Notes: generated by a model not told the origin, from the letters alone. 64,000 bases of DNA from Yuukianura sp. NJ FZ-2021 (GCA_046563655.1 CM102289.1:6758001-6822000), one strand, 5' to 3'. Counted from the first letter of the stretch, positions 25,663 through 38,062 are shown. Program-made: numbers and translations.

Positions 25663-27081
25663 TTATGCTGGCGTAATTCCCAGCCTAGCAGTAGTACTTT
25701 TCTTATTCGCGAGTGTCACTATCTTCGTTTGTCGTTTTGCCACAAAGGAATCAACTTCCACAATTGCCTGTTAAAGCAATTGAACAAGTTTTAAAATATT
25801 CAGTGTTTAGAGTTATAAAAGTTTTCATCGTTTTAAGTCGATATGCTTAACACATTAGAATTATTTTGTCTTACTTCTCCCAAGAGATCTGATCCTGTCG
25901 GGTCGCTGTCGGAGACCTTGAAAGTCCAGTACTAAAATATTTTTTTTTAAATGTGAGTAACAACGCTTGTGTTTAAAAATTTGCAAAAATAAACTAGGTT
26001 TATGAATTGCATTTAGACCTGATCTGTTCCGCGAATGAAGTTGGCAAATTCAAAAGTTTGGTTCCAGTCGGGATCTTCGTCTAAAAGATCATAATAGAAT
26101 TTTGAAATGATATTTTTTTCAAAAACTAAACCGTATGTTTAACATTGAACATACTGTTGTCCAAAACTGCTGTCTGGGCGAACTTAATCTTCTTTCCGTT
26201 ACTTCCAGTACTCCAGAAACATTCAACATAAGGATCGCTTTTTCCCACAGTATCAGCATTTGGAAGTCCTCTGCAAAGTTTCAATTTTTTTTTTGAAATT
26301 TTAAAATTATAAAAATTCTGCGCGGTATTGCTGTATTTTTGCTGTACCTTCCGTATAGGCGGAACTTCACTGGAGTTGTTTTTTGAATCAAGATGCTTCC
26401 AGTGCCATTTTGAAGTGTGACATTCCATTTCTCACCTCGAAGGACGTATTCGTCAAGGTCAATCACAGCTTGACCAAGGGGATCATCACGGCGGAAGTTA
26501 TCAACATCTCGGACTTCAAATTTCAATTTCTAAAAATCAAAAAAACCTGAAAATTTTCTGTTTTTAAACATTTTCGAATTGAAATTGTCAGCTTACTTGC
26601 TGAGTTCCCTTGTTCCAAATGACCCAAAAGACTTTCAAAAATTCCGGATTTGCATTGTTGTCCAATCCCTCTGTTTTTCCAAGAACTTCATAAGTTCCGT
26701 TTTTTCCCGCTTTGGACACCTTGATTTGTGGGTCGACTCCACTGTTCTTAAGATTCCTGCAGCAAAAAATAAGTTAGTTGAATTACATCATAGTATTGAA
26801 ATTCAACTACAAAAAATTTAGACAACTTACTTCGCTGATACAATAAAGGTCAAATTTTGTGGCAAAAATTGACCTGTGCCTGACTTTGGAGCTGGTTGAA
26901 CTTGAACTGGAATTTGTACTGGATTGGTTCTGGGCGGAGCAACATTTTTGTTTGGATTTGCCGCTTGTGCATACGTCGGTGGCGATGGACGTTGTTGCGT
27001 AATAGTTGGTGGGGTATAAATACGTTCTGCCTGGATGACCACTACCAAGGTCAGAACAATCGAGAGAGCTTTGCCAACCAT
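25663..27081 (-). CDS. Tandem C2-domain (copine C2A/C2B-like) protein with signal peptide and Pro/Gln-rich linker, no vWA domain
   Basis: MVGKALSIVLTLVVVIQA leader; C2A GKTEGLDNNANPEF..QKLKFEVRDVDNFRRDDPLG; C2B RGLPNADTVGKSDPYV..AQTAVLDNNEDPDW..FKVSDSDPTGSDLLGEA; stop after RLGITPA. Confidence 0.85.
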
Positions 27082-28258
27082 TGTTTCCTGTTCGTCCAGA
27101 ACCAAAAGACAGAATAAGTTGTCTGATGTCAATTGTTGACACTATTTATAAGATGTCTGACATCGTGCAATTTCTTGACCAGCAGGATGCCTTTGGTCAT
27201 TTTGTGTCCGTGAGGACAACATGTAATTTTAGGTATTCGTTGTTGTTTTGCAAAAGTTGATTTTTAAGGTAGGGCAATGATGCTAATTGATGACTTTGTG
27301 TAAAGATGACATAATGTGCCAAACTGAGCAACAAGATTTTAGCCTTTCAAATGATTGTTAAGAAGCGTACAAGGACGTAATCTTTCAAGCTTACTGTCAT
27401 AAAGACTGTCATGCTAACTGGCAATTAAAAAGTAGGTTTTTGAAGGTTCCAGAGAAAAATAAAATTACGACTTAACATTCCATTTTGAGTACTTTGCAAA
27501 CCACTTATGCGAAAACACTTTATTAAAAACGGTGACCAAATTGTGCCTGAAGCACCTAATGACTTTGGAAAGTAGCAGAAGGAGATCTGTTTTTCTGTGC
27601 TTGAGTTAGCTGTAAATTCTTGAATTTGAATTGTAAATTGGTTCAAAAGACTTGTTTTGTAGAAATTTTGAAAATTTAAATTTATCCAAAATTGAAAGGT
27701 AATGCCTGCCTAATCTCCAAACCGTTACCATTTACCATGCATTACGTTGGGTACAACTGAACATGTCAATTCTGTTTGACTTAACAGTTTTTACATTATT
27801 TGCTTTTTTCCGGTCCATAATTATGTGTGTAAATTGAGCCGATTTTTATGCAATTTACAATCATGTAAAACTTCATTTCTCCTTCACCCAACATCTTGCC
27901 TTCAAAGGAGAAATGAAGGCTTTTGTTACCTATGGACAAGCGTCAACTCAAAAAATTTCGTATTGTCAAAGACAAAGCCAACACATGCTGTTTTTTTTTC
28001 TTACAAGGTCAGTGTCACTCGTGACGTTCTGCAGGGCGGAAGACTTTTTCAAGACGTTGGGAAGTAAAACACAGTGCAATTCTGGAAACATAAAGTGACT
28101 GACACAAGAATTCAGAAAAGAAACGACATTGAAGCTAAAGTGACAATTCCTAACCCACTCCATGGTCAACGGCCTTCCATCGGTAAGCGACTAGCTTAGC
28201 AAGCATTTTAGTTGTTTAATTCTTACTTACTTATTATTAACTAACAAAGGTCATCAAC

Positions 28259-29234
28259 ATGACATCTAAGCAAAGACAACTCGGCGAATGCGGACGAATC
28301 TATCCCACTTGCGGACATACGTGTGGATCATTTCTGATTCCAGGTGATGTTCATGTCTGTCCAAGTCACTGTCAACATTGGTGCGTATTGCCGAGCCTGC
28401 AGATTCTGGATCAAAGTGGACCTACCTTTGTAAGTTTTTAGGAGTCTGCACGTCGAAACTTCAATTTTGATATAAAATGACAACTATTTTTACTTGCTGA
28501 TTTTGGCTAGATGGTTTTTCAATGCAATGAACCCGGCGGAGAGTTCAATGTAGAAGGGCAAGCGAACCAAACTTCGTCATTGGAGTCACCATATCCAGCG
28601 ATACCATTTCCAAATCAAGTAAAAGCTTTCATAACATTCATTTTTGACGACTTGGTTCAGAATTAGTAACGTCAGTGAAAGTTAGTTTAAAGTTATGTAA
28701 TTTATGTTTCAGGTGATTGACGAACAAGGATTGAGTCGACTTCTAAGCAACTTGAACCCATTTGAAAATCAGTTTGGACTTGGAACATTGACACTTGTGA
28801 GATCGCCCGAGGCCATGACGCTTGTACAAGGTCCGAAATCGCTGACAATCGTAAAGGCTCCAAATTCGTTGACGCCTGCGCAGACTCCGTCCCCAAACGA
28901 ACTAAATACCTCAAGTAATCCAGGAAGTTCCAATTCACAACATCGAGTTCATCTCGATGTCAATTGTAATCCGACAACGTCTACTATGTTCAATGCAGAA
29001 CGAAGCATGATGATTGTAGAACGTGTGTTTCAACCTTTGAATATCTGCGAACAATGGAGAGGTCAACAAGGTCAAGGGCCTCCTTCGACTGCGCATGCCG
29101 ACGGAGTTTTAGTACTGGACTTAGAAGACTTGTGGCGAATGGGATTCATAAGATGCAGTCAAGGTCATCTCCATGGCGGCGATGACGAGAAATGCCCGAC
29201 TTGCGGAGAAGTCAATCGCTTTTTTCGCTACTAG
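28259..29234 (+). CDS. Small Cys/His-rich putative zinc-finger protein (exons 28259-28429, 28511-28618, 28713-29234)
   Basis: N-terminal ECGRIYPTCGHTCGS..HVCPSHCQHWC and C-terminal FIRCSQGHLHGGDDEKCPTCGE; phase-0 GT-AG introns keep the frame. Confidence 0.68.
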
Positions 29235-29680
29235 ATTCCAGAAATTTTGTATTTTTATGAACTAAAAGCCACTTTTGTTAACTATATCTTGAGGCTTGTA
29301 TTTTTTCCAAAATTAATTTTAAATCTATTCTTTTCCTTTGATCAATCCTGGTCGTGACTGCACTAGTCAAATTTTGTAAAACGAAATTAGTTTAGGTGGA
29401 AAACGTATAGATCACTTCAAAATTTTCTAATTTTAGAATTTTGTTGTAAATGCTTGTTTAATTAATTCGAAGAACGTATTTATTTATTTTCTGAGGTTTG
29501 ATAACTCTAAATCTCTCATATTGTGAACTGTTCTAAGTTTTTGTTTTTTGATCTCATTTCAAATTCTTAATTTCACAAATAAATTTCCAGGTTGGACATT
29601 ACTGGCGAATATTAGAATCTCCTAGTTTAAGCTTGAATTTAAGTCATTCCAGTTCAATTGCGGAGTAAACGTAATTTACA

Positions 29681-31216
29681 TTAGGCTTTTGTTCCTCCAT
29701 ATTGTTTCGTAAGTTGGTCAGCATCAAATACCTGAAGAACAAACTTCTGCCACTCGCTCCGGTTTGTTCCAAATACCTATTTAAATAAAGTTCACAACAG
29801 GTTTACAAACTGGTTTTCAACAAAGTTGAACATAATTTTTTGTTTGTCGTGCCGTCACTTCAAAACAATGTCTGGACAAAGGTCACAACACAAAACTCCC
29901 AATTTGCGTATATTGTCTACCCATTTAGGCAACAAAACTTTCCATAATCAATGGATTTACCTTATAAGCTCTTCGAGTTTCTTCGCTCATCAACTGCAGC
30001 ATGATGTTGGACACGGCTGGAAAAAGTATTTCAATATATTTTTCAAGGTTGCACAAAAACAAATTCAAAAAGAGAAACTCCAAACAACTTACTTTCAAAT
30101 ATTCTCGGAACTAAAATTCAATTCAATGTTAAATAAATAAATTCAAAACTTTAATCCACTTTTTGAAAGCTTCAGTAACAAATTTAATTCGCTTTTTGCT
30201 TACCGTTGAAAGCGATGATATATCTTATTGTATTGGGATAATGTCGCTCGTATGTGTTCACCAAATCGACATACCAGGGAATACCTAGATGTTTCAAAAA
30301 CGCAATAAAACTAAAACATATAATAAAGTATTAATAATCTGTCATAAAATAATATCTTATAGATTAACATGGTATTGTGTTAAATGCAATTACAGGCAAG
30401 GCAAGCATGTTGTCGTAAGCTGTAGTTGCTCATATCCGGAAACCATATAAAATTTGTTGCACCTAGTCGGCGCATTGCAGCCATGTTGGATTCAAAAATG
30501 AAAAATATATATCGCGTCAACGCTTCTCGCTTTCCGGTCAGCATGGCTTTTCGGATATCCCACTTTGAATATGTTAGTTGGTAGGCAGGGTTTCCTAATT
30601 TGTCAACAGCTTTGTCGAAAGTCGCAGGATACGATTTGTGTAGCGCCAACATTTCCGGTTCGGTTAAAATATTGTCAATGTTGTTCTCCTTTCGGTGTTT
30701 CATACTCTGCAAAATAGTTCAAACATACCGAAAGAAAAATTTTACTTCCCAATTTCTAATTTGACGTTTTTGAAATTTTAAATGTAAAAACCATTTTGAG
30801 TGCTGTAGCTGCTTTTGTAACATCGTACTGCTTGTCTGTAAGCAGAGCATAAAAATTAGCTAATGTATGTTCCCTGTATTTTCTCTTTCGAAATTTTCAT
30901 GAAGTTGCAAAATTGTTTTGTTACTTCGCAGCCAGTTGATAAGAAAGCGATCATGATTTTGATAGTCCAAGTAGAGATCATTCTTGACTTCTTGGCGCAA
31001 CTAAAAAGTAAAAAATCCATTCTTTTTTCAAATTCGTAGAATTTTGACCAAAAAAAATGAAAAAATCTGATAATTTTTTAGTGTAACCTTTTCTAGCGCC
31101 TGCTTTTCTCCGGCAGTGTAGACGTTGTTGACATTACCTACAATGGACTCGAGCTGAACTTGATGTGGGAAAATATTTGAAAATACGAAGATAAAAGGCA
31201 ATATTTTGGAAATCAT
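29681..31216 (-). CDS. CRAL-TRIO/SEC14-like protein with hydrophobic leader (8 exons, including an 18-nt micro-exon at 30093-30110)
   Basis: MISKILPFIFVFSNIF leader, DRFLINWLR, AVDKLGNP, DMSNYSLRQHACLAC, YERHYPNTIRYIIAFN|VPRIFE, QLTKQYGGTKA*. Confidence 0.86.
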
Positions 31217-31881
31217 TGTGCTCAATCTCAAAATGATGATTGCTGAGCGGAGTTAAGAAAAGACACTCAACATTGGCACACATTAAACTTATTTACTCAA
31301 TTCAGAAATGAATGTGTTTTGATCAGGAAAAGACTAAAAGTTTTAGGGTAACTTTTTTGCTCAATTAATTAAGGTAGGCAATTTGACGTAGGTAGAGCCG
31401 CAAGCCTGAATTACAAAAGTGGCTTGTGTTATGTAAGCATTGCGTCGTACGAAGCAGACTAGTAATATTGCATATTATATTAAAAAAAAAGTAGATGACT
31501 GGATATATCACATTCTTCCTTATTTCAAGAATGTATCTATCTATTTCTATTTAACCCCACAATTCCAAACTGCCAAGTTCCAACTTCGAAGAAGAATGTG
31601 TGAAAAAACAAAGACTAGGTTCGAAAAAAAATTGAAATGAATCTTTGCTGAATCTTCTGTGAAACGTTTGGAAGAAAACTGATATTGCTTTTACTGATTT
31701 TGGAGGTTTTGACTAGTCTTAGTCTCTCGTTTTGTGAACTGTTTAGAGTTAATGTCCCATGATATCATTTTAATTTCGTAATTTCAGAAATAAATTTGCA
31801 GGTTGGACATGCTGACGCATAGTACTAAAATGTCTTAGTTTATGTCCAGCTTGATTTTAGTAATTCTTGTTTATTGTGGAA

Positions 31882-33404
31882 TTAAGGTTTTGTTCCTCCA
31901 AATTGTTTCGTAAGTTGGTCAGCATCAAATATCTGAAAAACAAATTTCTGCCACTCGCTCCTGTTTGTTCCAAAAACCTATTTCAAAAAAAGTTCAAAAC
32001 AGCTTTACAAACTGGTTTTCTAAGTTCTCGGAAAACGCTCTTTTGTTTGGCTGTATAATCACTTTATAAATTTTTCTGGACAAAAGTTACATCACCAAAC
32101 TCCCAATTAGCATATTTTACACCCATTAGGAAAGAAAACTTTCCATAAAAGACTAATTTCCATCAAAAGACTAACCTTATAAGCTTTTCGGGTTGGTTCG
32201 CTCATCACCTGTTTCATGATGTTGGACACGGCTGGAAAAAAAAAGTATTTGAATTTTATTTCCAAAATTGGACAAAAACAAGAAAATAGAGAACATCTAT
32301 ACAACTTACTTTCGAATATTTTTGGGGCTAAAATTCAATATCAAATGAGCAAATTAAAGAACTTTTAGATCAATTGTTTGAAAGCTTCAGCAGCATTGCT
32401 TTCTACTTACCATTGAAGGCGATGACATATCTGATTGTGTTGGGGTAATGTCGCTCATAGGTGGTGACCAAGTCAACATACCAAGGAATACCTAGATGTT
32501 TCAAAAACAAACTATAACATATAATAAATTAATACAATCTGTCATAAAATGAACTATAGAATGGTATTATGTGAGTAAGTGAAATTACATGCAAGGCAAG
32601 CGTGTTGTCGTAAGTTGTAGTTGTTCATGTCTACAAACCATATAAAATTTGTTGCACCGAATCGGCGGATTGTAGCCATGTTGGATTCAAAAATGAAAAA
32701 ATTATATCGCGTCAACGCTTCTCGCTTTCCGGTTAACATTCCCTTCCGCATGTCCCACTTTGAATATGTTAGTTGTTGGGCAGGGTTTCCTAATTTGTCA
32801 ACAGCTTTGCCGAAAGTTACAGGATATGATTTGTGTAGCTCCAACATTTCCGGTTCGGTTAAAACATTATCAATTTTGTTCTCTTTTCGGTACTTCATAC
32901 TCTGGAAAATAATTCAAAACAGACCGAAACAAAAATTTTACTTTCCAATTTCTAATTTGACTTTTTTTTTTTAATTTTGAAACCATTTTGAGTGCTGTAG
33001 CAGCTTTTGTAACATCCAACTCCTTGTCTGTAAAAACAGCATGCAAATTAGTTAATTTTTGTTCACTATAATTTCTGTTTCAAAATTTTCATGAAGTAAC
33101 ATAATTTTTTTTGCTTTTACTTCGCAGCCAGTTGATAAGAAAGCGATCATGATTTTGATAGTCCAAGTACAGATCATTCTTGACTTCTTGACGCAACTAA
33201 AAAGTAAAAGTGAAGATGGTTTATTTCCAAATTCATATAATTTTGACAAGAAAATGAAAATCTTTGGTACTTAACCTTCTCTAGCGCCTCCTTCTCTTTC
33301 GCAGTGTAGACGTCGTTGACGTTAGCTATAATGGACTCGAGACGAACTTCTTGTGGGAAAATATTTGAAAATACGAAGATAAAAGTCAAAATTTTGGGAA
33401 TCAT
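31882..33404 (-). CDS. CRAL-TRIO/SEC14-like protein, tandem paralog of 29681-31216 (micro-exon 32310-32327)
   Basis: Same exon structure; MIPKILTFIFVFSNIF leader, DMNNYNLRQHACLAC, AFN|APKIFE, QFGGTKP*. Introns and flanks also align with the neighbouring copy. Confidence 0.86.
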
Positions 33405-33909
33405 TGTGCCCAATTTCCAAGTGATTGGTTACTTAAGAGGAGTTAAGAAAAGAACTTAACCTTTGCACGGTTTAAACTTATTTGATCCATTAATTAAAGT
33501 AGGCAATTAGATGAAGGTATAACAACAACCTTCAATTTGAAAAGCGGTTTGGATTATGTAAAATTGGCGTCGTTCGAAACAGGTTAGTAATGCTGAATAT
33601 ATGCAAAAGATTACTAAAATTATCGCTTTCTTCTTATTTCAAGATTTATCTAATGCCACAATGCTAACCTGAAGCACATGTCAAAAAAAACACGACTAGT
33701 TTTAAAAAAATGTGCAACCTTGATTCAATCTTCTCTGAAAAATAAGCTGGAACTGAACAAAGTGGTTTTATTTTTTCGTTTTCACAAACTTGGAGCTGCA
33801 TGTGTAGTGAGTTCTTATTTTTATAAAGTGGCCTGTCCAGTGGTGCTAAAAATCAAATGAACAAGTTGGGCTGAATTCGTGAAACATCGTAGATTTTAAC
33901 AACTATGTT

Positions 33910-34098
33910 GCGATTCCATGTAATTTCGTCAAAAAATTTAGTCAAAAGTGGATTGATTAAACATGAAAACGTCAAAAGTGAAATCGTCAAAAATTGAAAT
34001 CCTCAAAAGTGAGATCGTCAAAAAGTGAAATGGCCGAAGTATTCGGGTGATCAATTCACTTTTGACCAATTTTTTTTTGACGAAATTACATGCTACGC
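33910..34098. mobile_element. Small foldback/MITE-like element, about 190 bp
   Basis: Inverted arms of about 45-50 bp, catgtaatttcgtcaaaaaa..gtcaaaagtg.attgat and atcaattcacttttgac..ttttttgacgaaattacatg, enclose short tandem cgtcaaaagtgaaat repeats. Confidence 0.72.
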
Positions 34099-34108
34099 TA
34101 TATTGCAG

Positions 34109-36538
34109 TTACCGTTTTCTCCATAGAACGAAACCAAGTACAATTACAGCCAGAACTAACACAACTGCAAGAGTCAAAATTAACCAAAATAGAATCTGGA
34201 AAGCATTTGAAGTAACCTCGGTTTTTTCAAGAGCCGATTTCGTTTGTGCCGCTGCGCGCGACGATTTCATTATATGAGGTGCAGTTCGGAGCCAAAAGAT
34301 TGCATTCTGCAACAGAAGCGCTTACGTTGAAAGTATGTACGTCAATGAATAAGGAAATATTTGTTCTTACGCGTTTCCTAAAGTCAATGTCCATGGGCAC
34401 AGAAATGGAAGAGACATTAAAGTAGCGTAGGTTACCAGGTCTTATGGGTTTCCAAACATCTCTGATAGGATCAGGCATGCCCAGAGGAACCCTACAGGAC
34501 ACAGGTCAACAAAATTTTCCAATTTCATAAGTAACATGGGAACTACGCTAATAGATCCGCCGTTACCCGCTTTTTGCAAAAGCAATGAGACTTCTAGTGT
34601 ATGCCAACGCAACGGATTCATCGGCAGTGGACATCGTCTGTAGGGGAGTTCTGTCTGGATATACAACAGGATCAAATATGTAGATTGCATCCTGGATATG
34701 TGCCACCCCAGTGTCAAATATTGGCAAATTCACGCCTTGCTGTCTCAAACTTTGCAAATTTTTGGCAATAATGGTTGGAGAGGTTGCAGTTTTGTGACTG
34801 AAGACATATGAGTAAACTGGAGTTGTAAGGCTCTGCACGCCATATTTTTCTAGAAACTGTCGATTGCAGGAATAGTACAGCACGTCTCCGATTAACTGAA
34901 AAACAAGTTCAAAAATTTATGTTTTAAAGTTGGAAATGATAAAGTCAAATTCAATTGCCTTACTTCAACGAATTCGTTCACTGCTAACTGAAATGACACT
35001 TCATCGCTCATGTTGACATTTTTGAAATAGTTTTCTAGAACAAGGTGCGACAAAGCTTGACTTGCTGGATCAGAAGCTTCTAGCTTCAGAGCAGCTCTCA
35101 GGAATCTCGGAATAATTTCGGAAGTGAAGTATGAAGTATTTCTGAAATTTGTGTTTCCAAATGTAGTATGAATGACAGCGTAGCCATGGAGGCCTTCGTC
35201 CTTCATCACGCCGACCATCATGGGCACTGGGATTGTTCTCTGGGCATCGAACAAGGTCAAGGGGTCACCCGGCAGTACTGCCAAACTCCCGCGTGCTTTT
35301 CCATCAACAACAGGTACAGTATTTTTCGGGTAAATCCAGAAATCAATGAAATGCTGTTGAGCTATCAACAGCTTTTCAATTGACTGATTCCGAAGGCAAC
35401 TGATCATTTGAGCCCGAGGATCTACTGGACAAGACATGAACGTCCCAACTTTCTCCAAGTATTTCAACGGTTCCAATTCCAAATTGGATCCGCAGAATGC
35501 ATTTCCAGAAATTAAAATTGCTCGATGAAATTTTCCTAAAAAAATCACAAATTTTGAAAATTCTAAAAAAAATCTGATAAGGGTATTTAAAAATGGTTTT
35601 GTTGCTTTACCAGTGGCACGCGGAGACAAAGTCATCAAATGAACTGCTGCTCCACCCGCCGAGTGTCCAATGATTGTCACCCGATTTGGATCACCTCCGA
35701 AGTATCGAATGTACTTCTGAATCCAGTCCAGTGCTTCGATGATATCCAACAGTCCCCAATTTCCAGCCAAGTCTCGTTCACCAGAAGACAAGTATCCAAG
35801 TATGCCAAGACGATAATTGACGCTAATCGCAACGACTTTCTCTTCTGCTGTCATCAAGCGTCTTGGACCAAGCACTCTCCCACTGCCTGATGCAAATCCT
35901 CCCCCATGAATGTACACCTACACAACATTTTCGAATTAAAATAATCATAATATAATTAAAAAAATATTTAAAAAATATTTTATAGAATTTTTTAGAAGTG
36001 CAGTGCATTAGTACCATCACAGGATTAAGAATTTCTCCGGTTCTTGCTCTGCTGCTATCTAACCAAAACAAATTTCATTTTGCAAATTTCAAATAAAATG
36101 TAATTTTAAATTCCAACTTAAAAAAATGAGTGCCATGATTTTACCAGGTAGAATTCGGGTGTAAATGTTCAAAAACAAACACCGTTCGTCTCCAAGTACT
36201 TTCGTTCCGCTGAGTTGAGGGCAACTTTCTCCGAATTGAGTGGCATTGTAAGTAATGTCGTTAAATTCTTTCAAAACAGGATCCTATTTCCGCAAAAATT
36301 TTCTAGAACTGAAATTTTGAAAAAGTGTAATTCGGTTTGAAAAAATGTTGTTTACCTTCCATCTATCTGCCGTAGCATATTGAATTCCCTTGAAAGCATA
36401 ATACTCTCTTTGTCCATTTCTGCCTTCAATCAATCCTCTCACTACTGCGTGACCCACCCCCAAAGAAATTATTTCTTGTCCTCCAATTTCCAAGATTCGG
36501 AGTACCAAAATGACTCGGAACAGCAAAATTTGAGTCAT
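34109..36538 (-). CDS. Type-B carboxylesterase with signal peptide and C-terminal transmembrane helix
   Basis: AFKGIQYA, GDERCLFLNIYT, PVMVYIHGGGF, VNYRLGILG, FGGDPNRVTIIGHSAGG, KDEG, GVAHIQDAIYIF; ends ILFWLILTLAVVLVLAVIVLGFVLWRKR*. Confidence 0.93.
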
Positions 36539-38062
36539 AATGACCGAAAGTTTCCTGAAATTTCAAAACAAAAAAATTCAAACATTTTTGAAAATTTTAT
36601 TTTTGGAAAAAGAATTCTAAAACAACTAGTGAGAGTTACCTCAGACAGACGTGGAGTGATTTTGACAAGCAATCAAGTCCGTTTTACCAGAAAGACTGAC
36701 GTTAAGCGTCGCGTAGGTGTAGTTGGTGTGCTGGTGATAGAAAGCTAGAAACAACAGATTTAAAAAAATTATCATTGCCAAATCGTCAGCAGTGAGGAAG
36801 CGGGCAGAATTGGAAAGAAAAAAAACTGTAAAAATTTGATTGGCAATATAAACTATAAATAGAAACTTCCATCTGCAAAACCTAGCCTAAAATTTTGAAT
36901 TCTATTCCTGTAAAGCAATATACCGTTAAAAGGAAGACGCTTTACCGTATGTTACCTTTATAGTTACAAGGAGAAAATGATTTATATGCCACGCCATGCT
37001 CCAGTTTCCATCATCAAATTCTATTCAATCTTTCACGATTTTAGTAAAAACAAATCCTGTTTGTTTACATTGTGGTTTCTGGGATTCTGAATCTTTCATC
37101 TCTCTATTGACATCAAAGCTACATCCAGAATCCATCCAAGGGTTGAGGACCTTAGCCTAATTCTTTCTTAAGTTTAACTAAAACTAAAGGTTGTTGTAGA
37201 AAATTAAATAGTAAAGATCAAAAAGATTTCATCAATTTTTTTGATTTTGAAAGTTTCTGCAATGCTTAGACTCATTTCGCCACTTTTTTTTTGCACAATT
37301 TTGAACAAGCTGAAATGTGCTTTCAGGATTCGGCTAGGAATCGGCATTTCTTGTACGCCGCCGGCCGGCACATCACACTGAACTCTACCTCGTGAGGAGC
37401 ATGCGGATGATATCTTTGCTCAATTCTTGCAAGGGGAAAGTACAGTCGAACAAGGCGATCCTTGCTTTTGAAACGCTAAAATGTAAAACCCCCGCCCATT
37501 CGAGTTGAGTTCTGAATTGTGCAGAGTGATCAACTTGTTCAGAGAAGGTCTGCGTCTCCTTTCTTCATTGGTCCTCGAAAAGCAAACAAAAAACTATAGT
37601 TGAACCACACTGTACATGCACATCTAAAGTTTCACAGAGCTTGAAACTTTACTTTTGATGTTCGGCTTTTTAGATTGTACAATCTCCGAGTTCTTTGGTT
37701 GCTAAAAGTGCTGCTCGGGACGAAATAGATTGACGTGGACAGACGGGCCCAATCAATTCTTGTCTTCTCTCAAACGGCATTCGCTAGGGGTCCTCCTATG
37801 GTATTCCAAGTCGTTGTTTTTGACTATAAAAACAAAAAGTTAATTCTAATTCAAAAAATTATATAAAAACTGCTTTGCAAAAATGAATTTAAATGTCAAA
37901 GCACCATACAATTATGAGAGTTATTTAAAATGGAGGACATAACTGGTTAGATTCCATTTTGAGTTTATTCAATCAGAAGCATTTCATTAATAAAAATATA
38001 GAACTGATTTATATTTAAGTATAATGAAATACTTCTCCCTATAGTACAACAAAATACAATGC

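Noticed and set aside
37320..37830. GC-richer, coding-looking patch between the esterase and the methyltransferase
   Set aside because: The frames I read are interrupted by stops, the ORF track lists nothing here, and no motif is recognisable.
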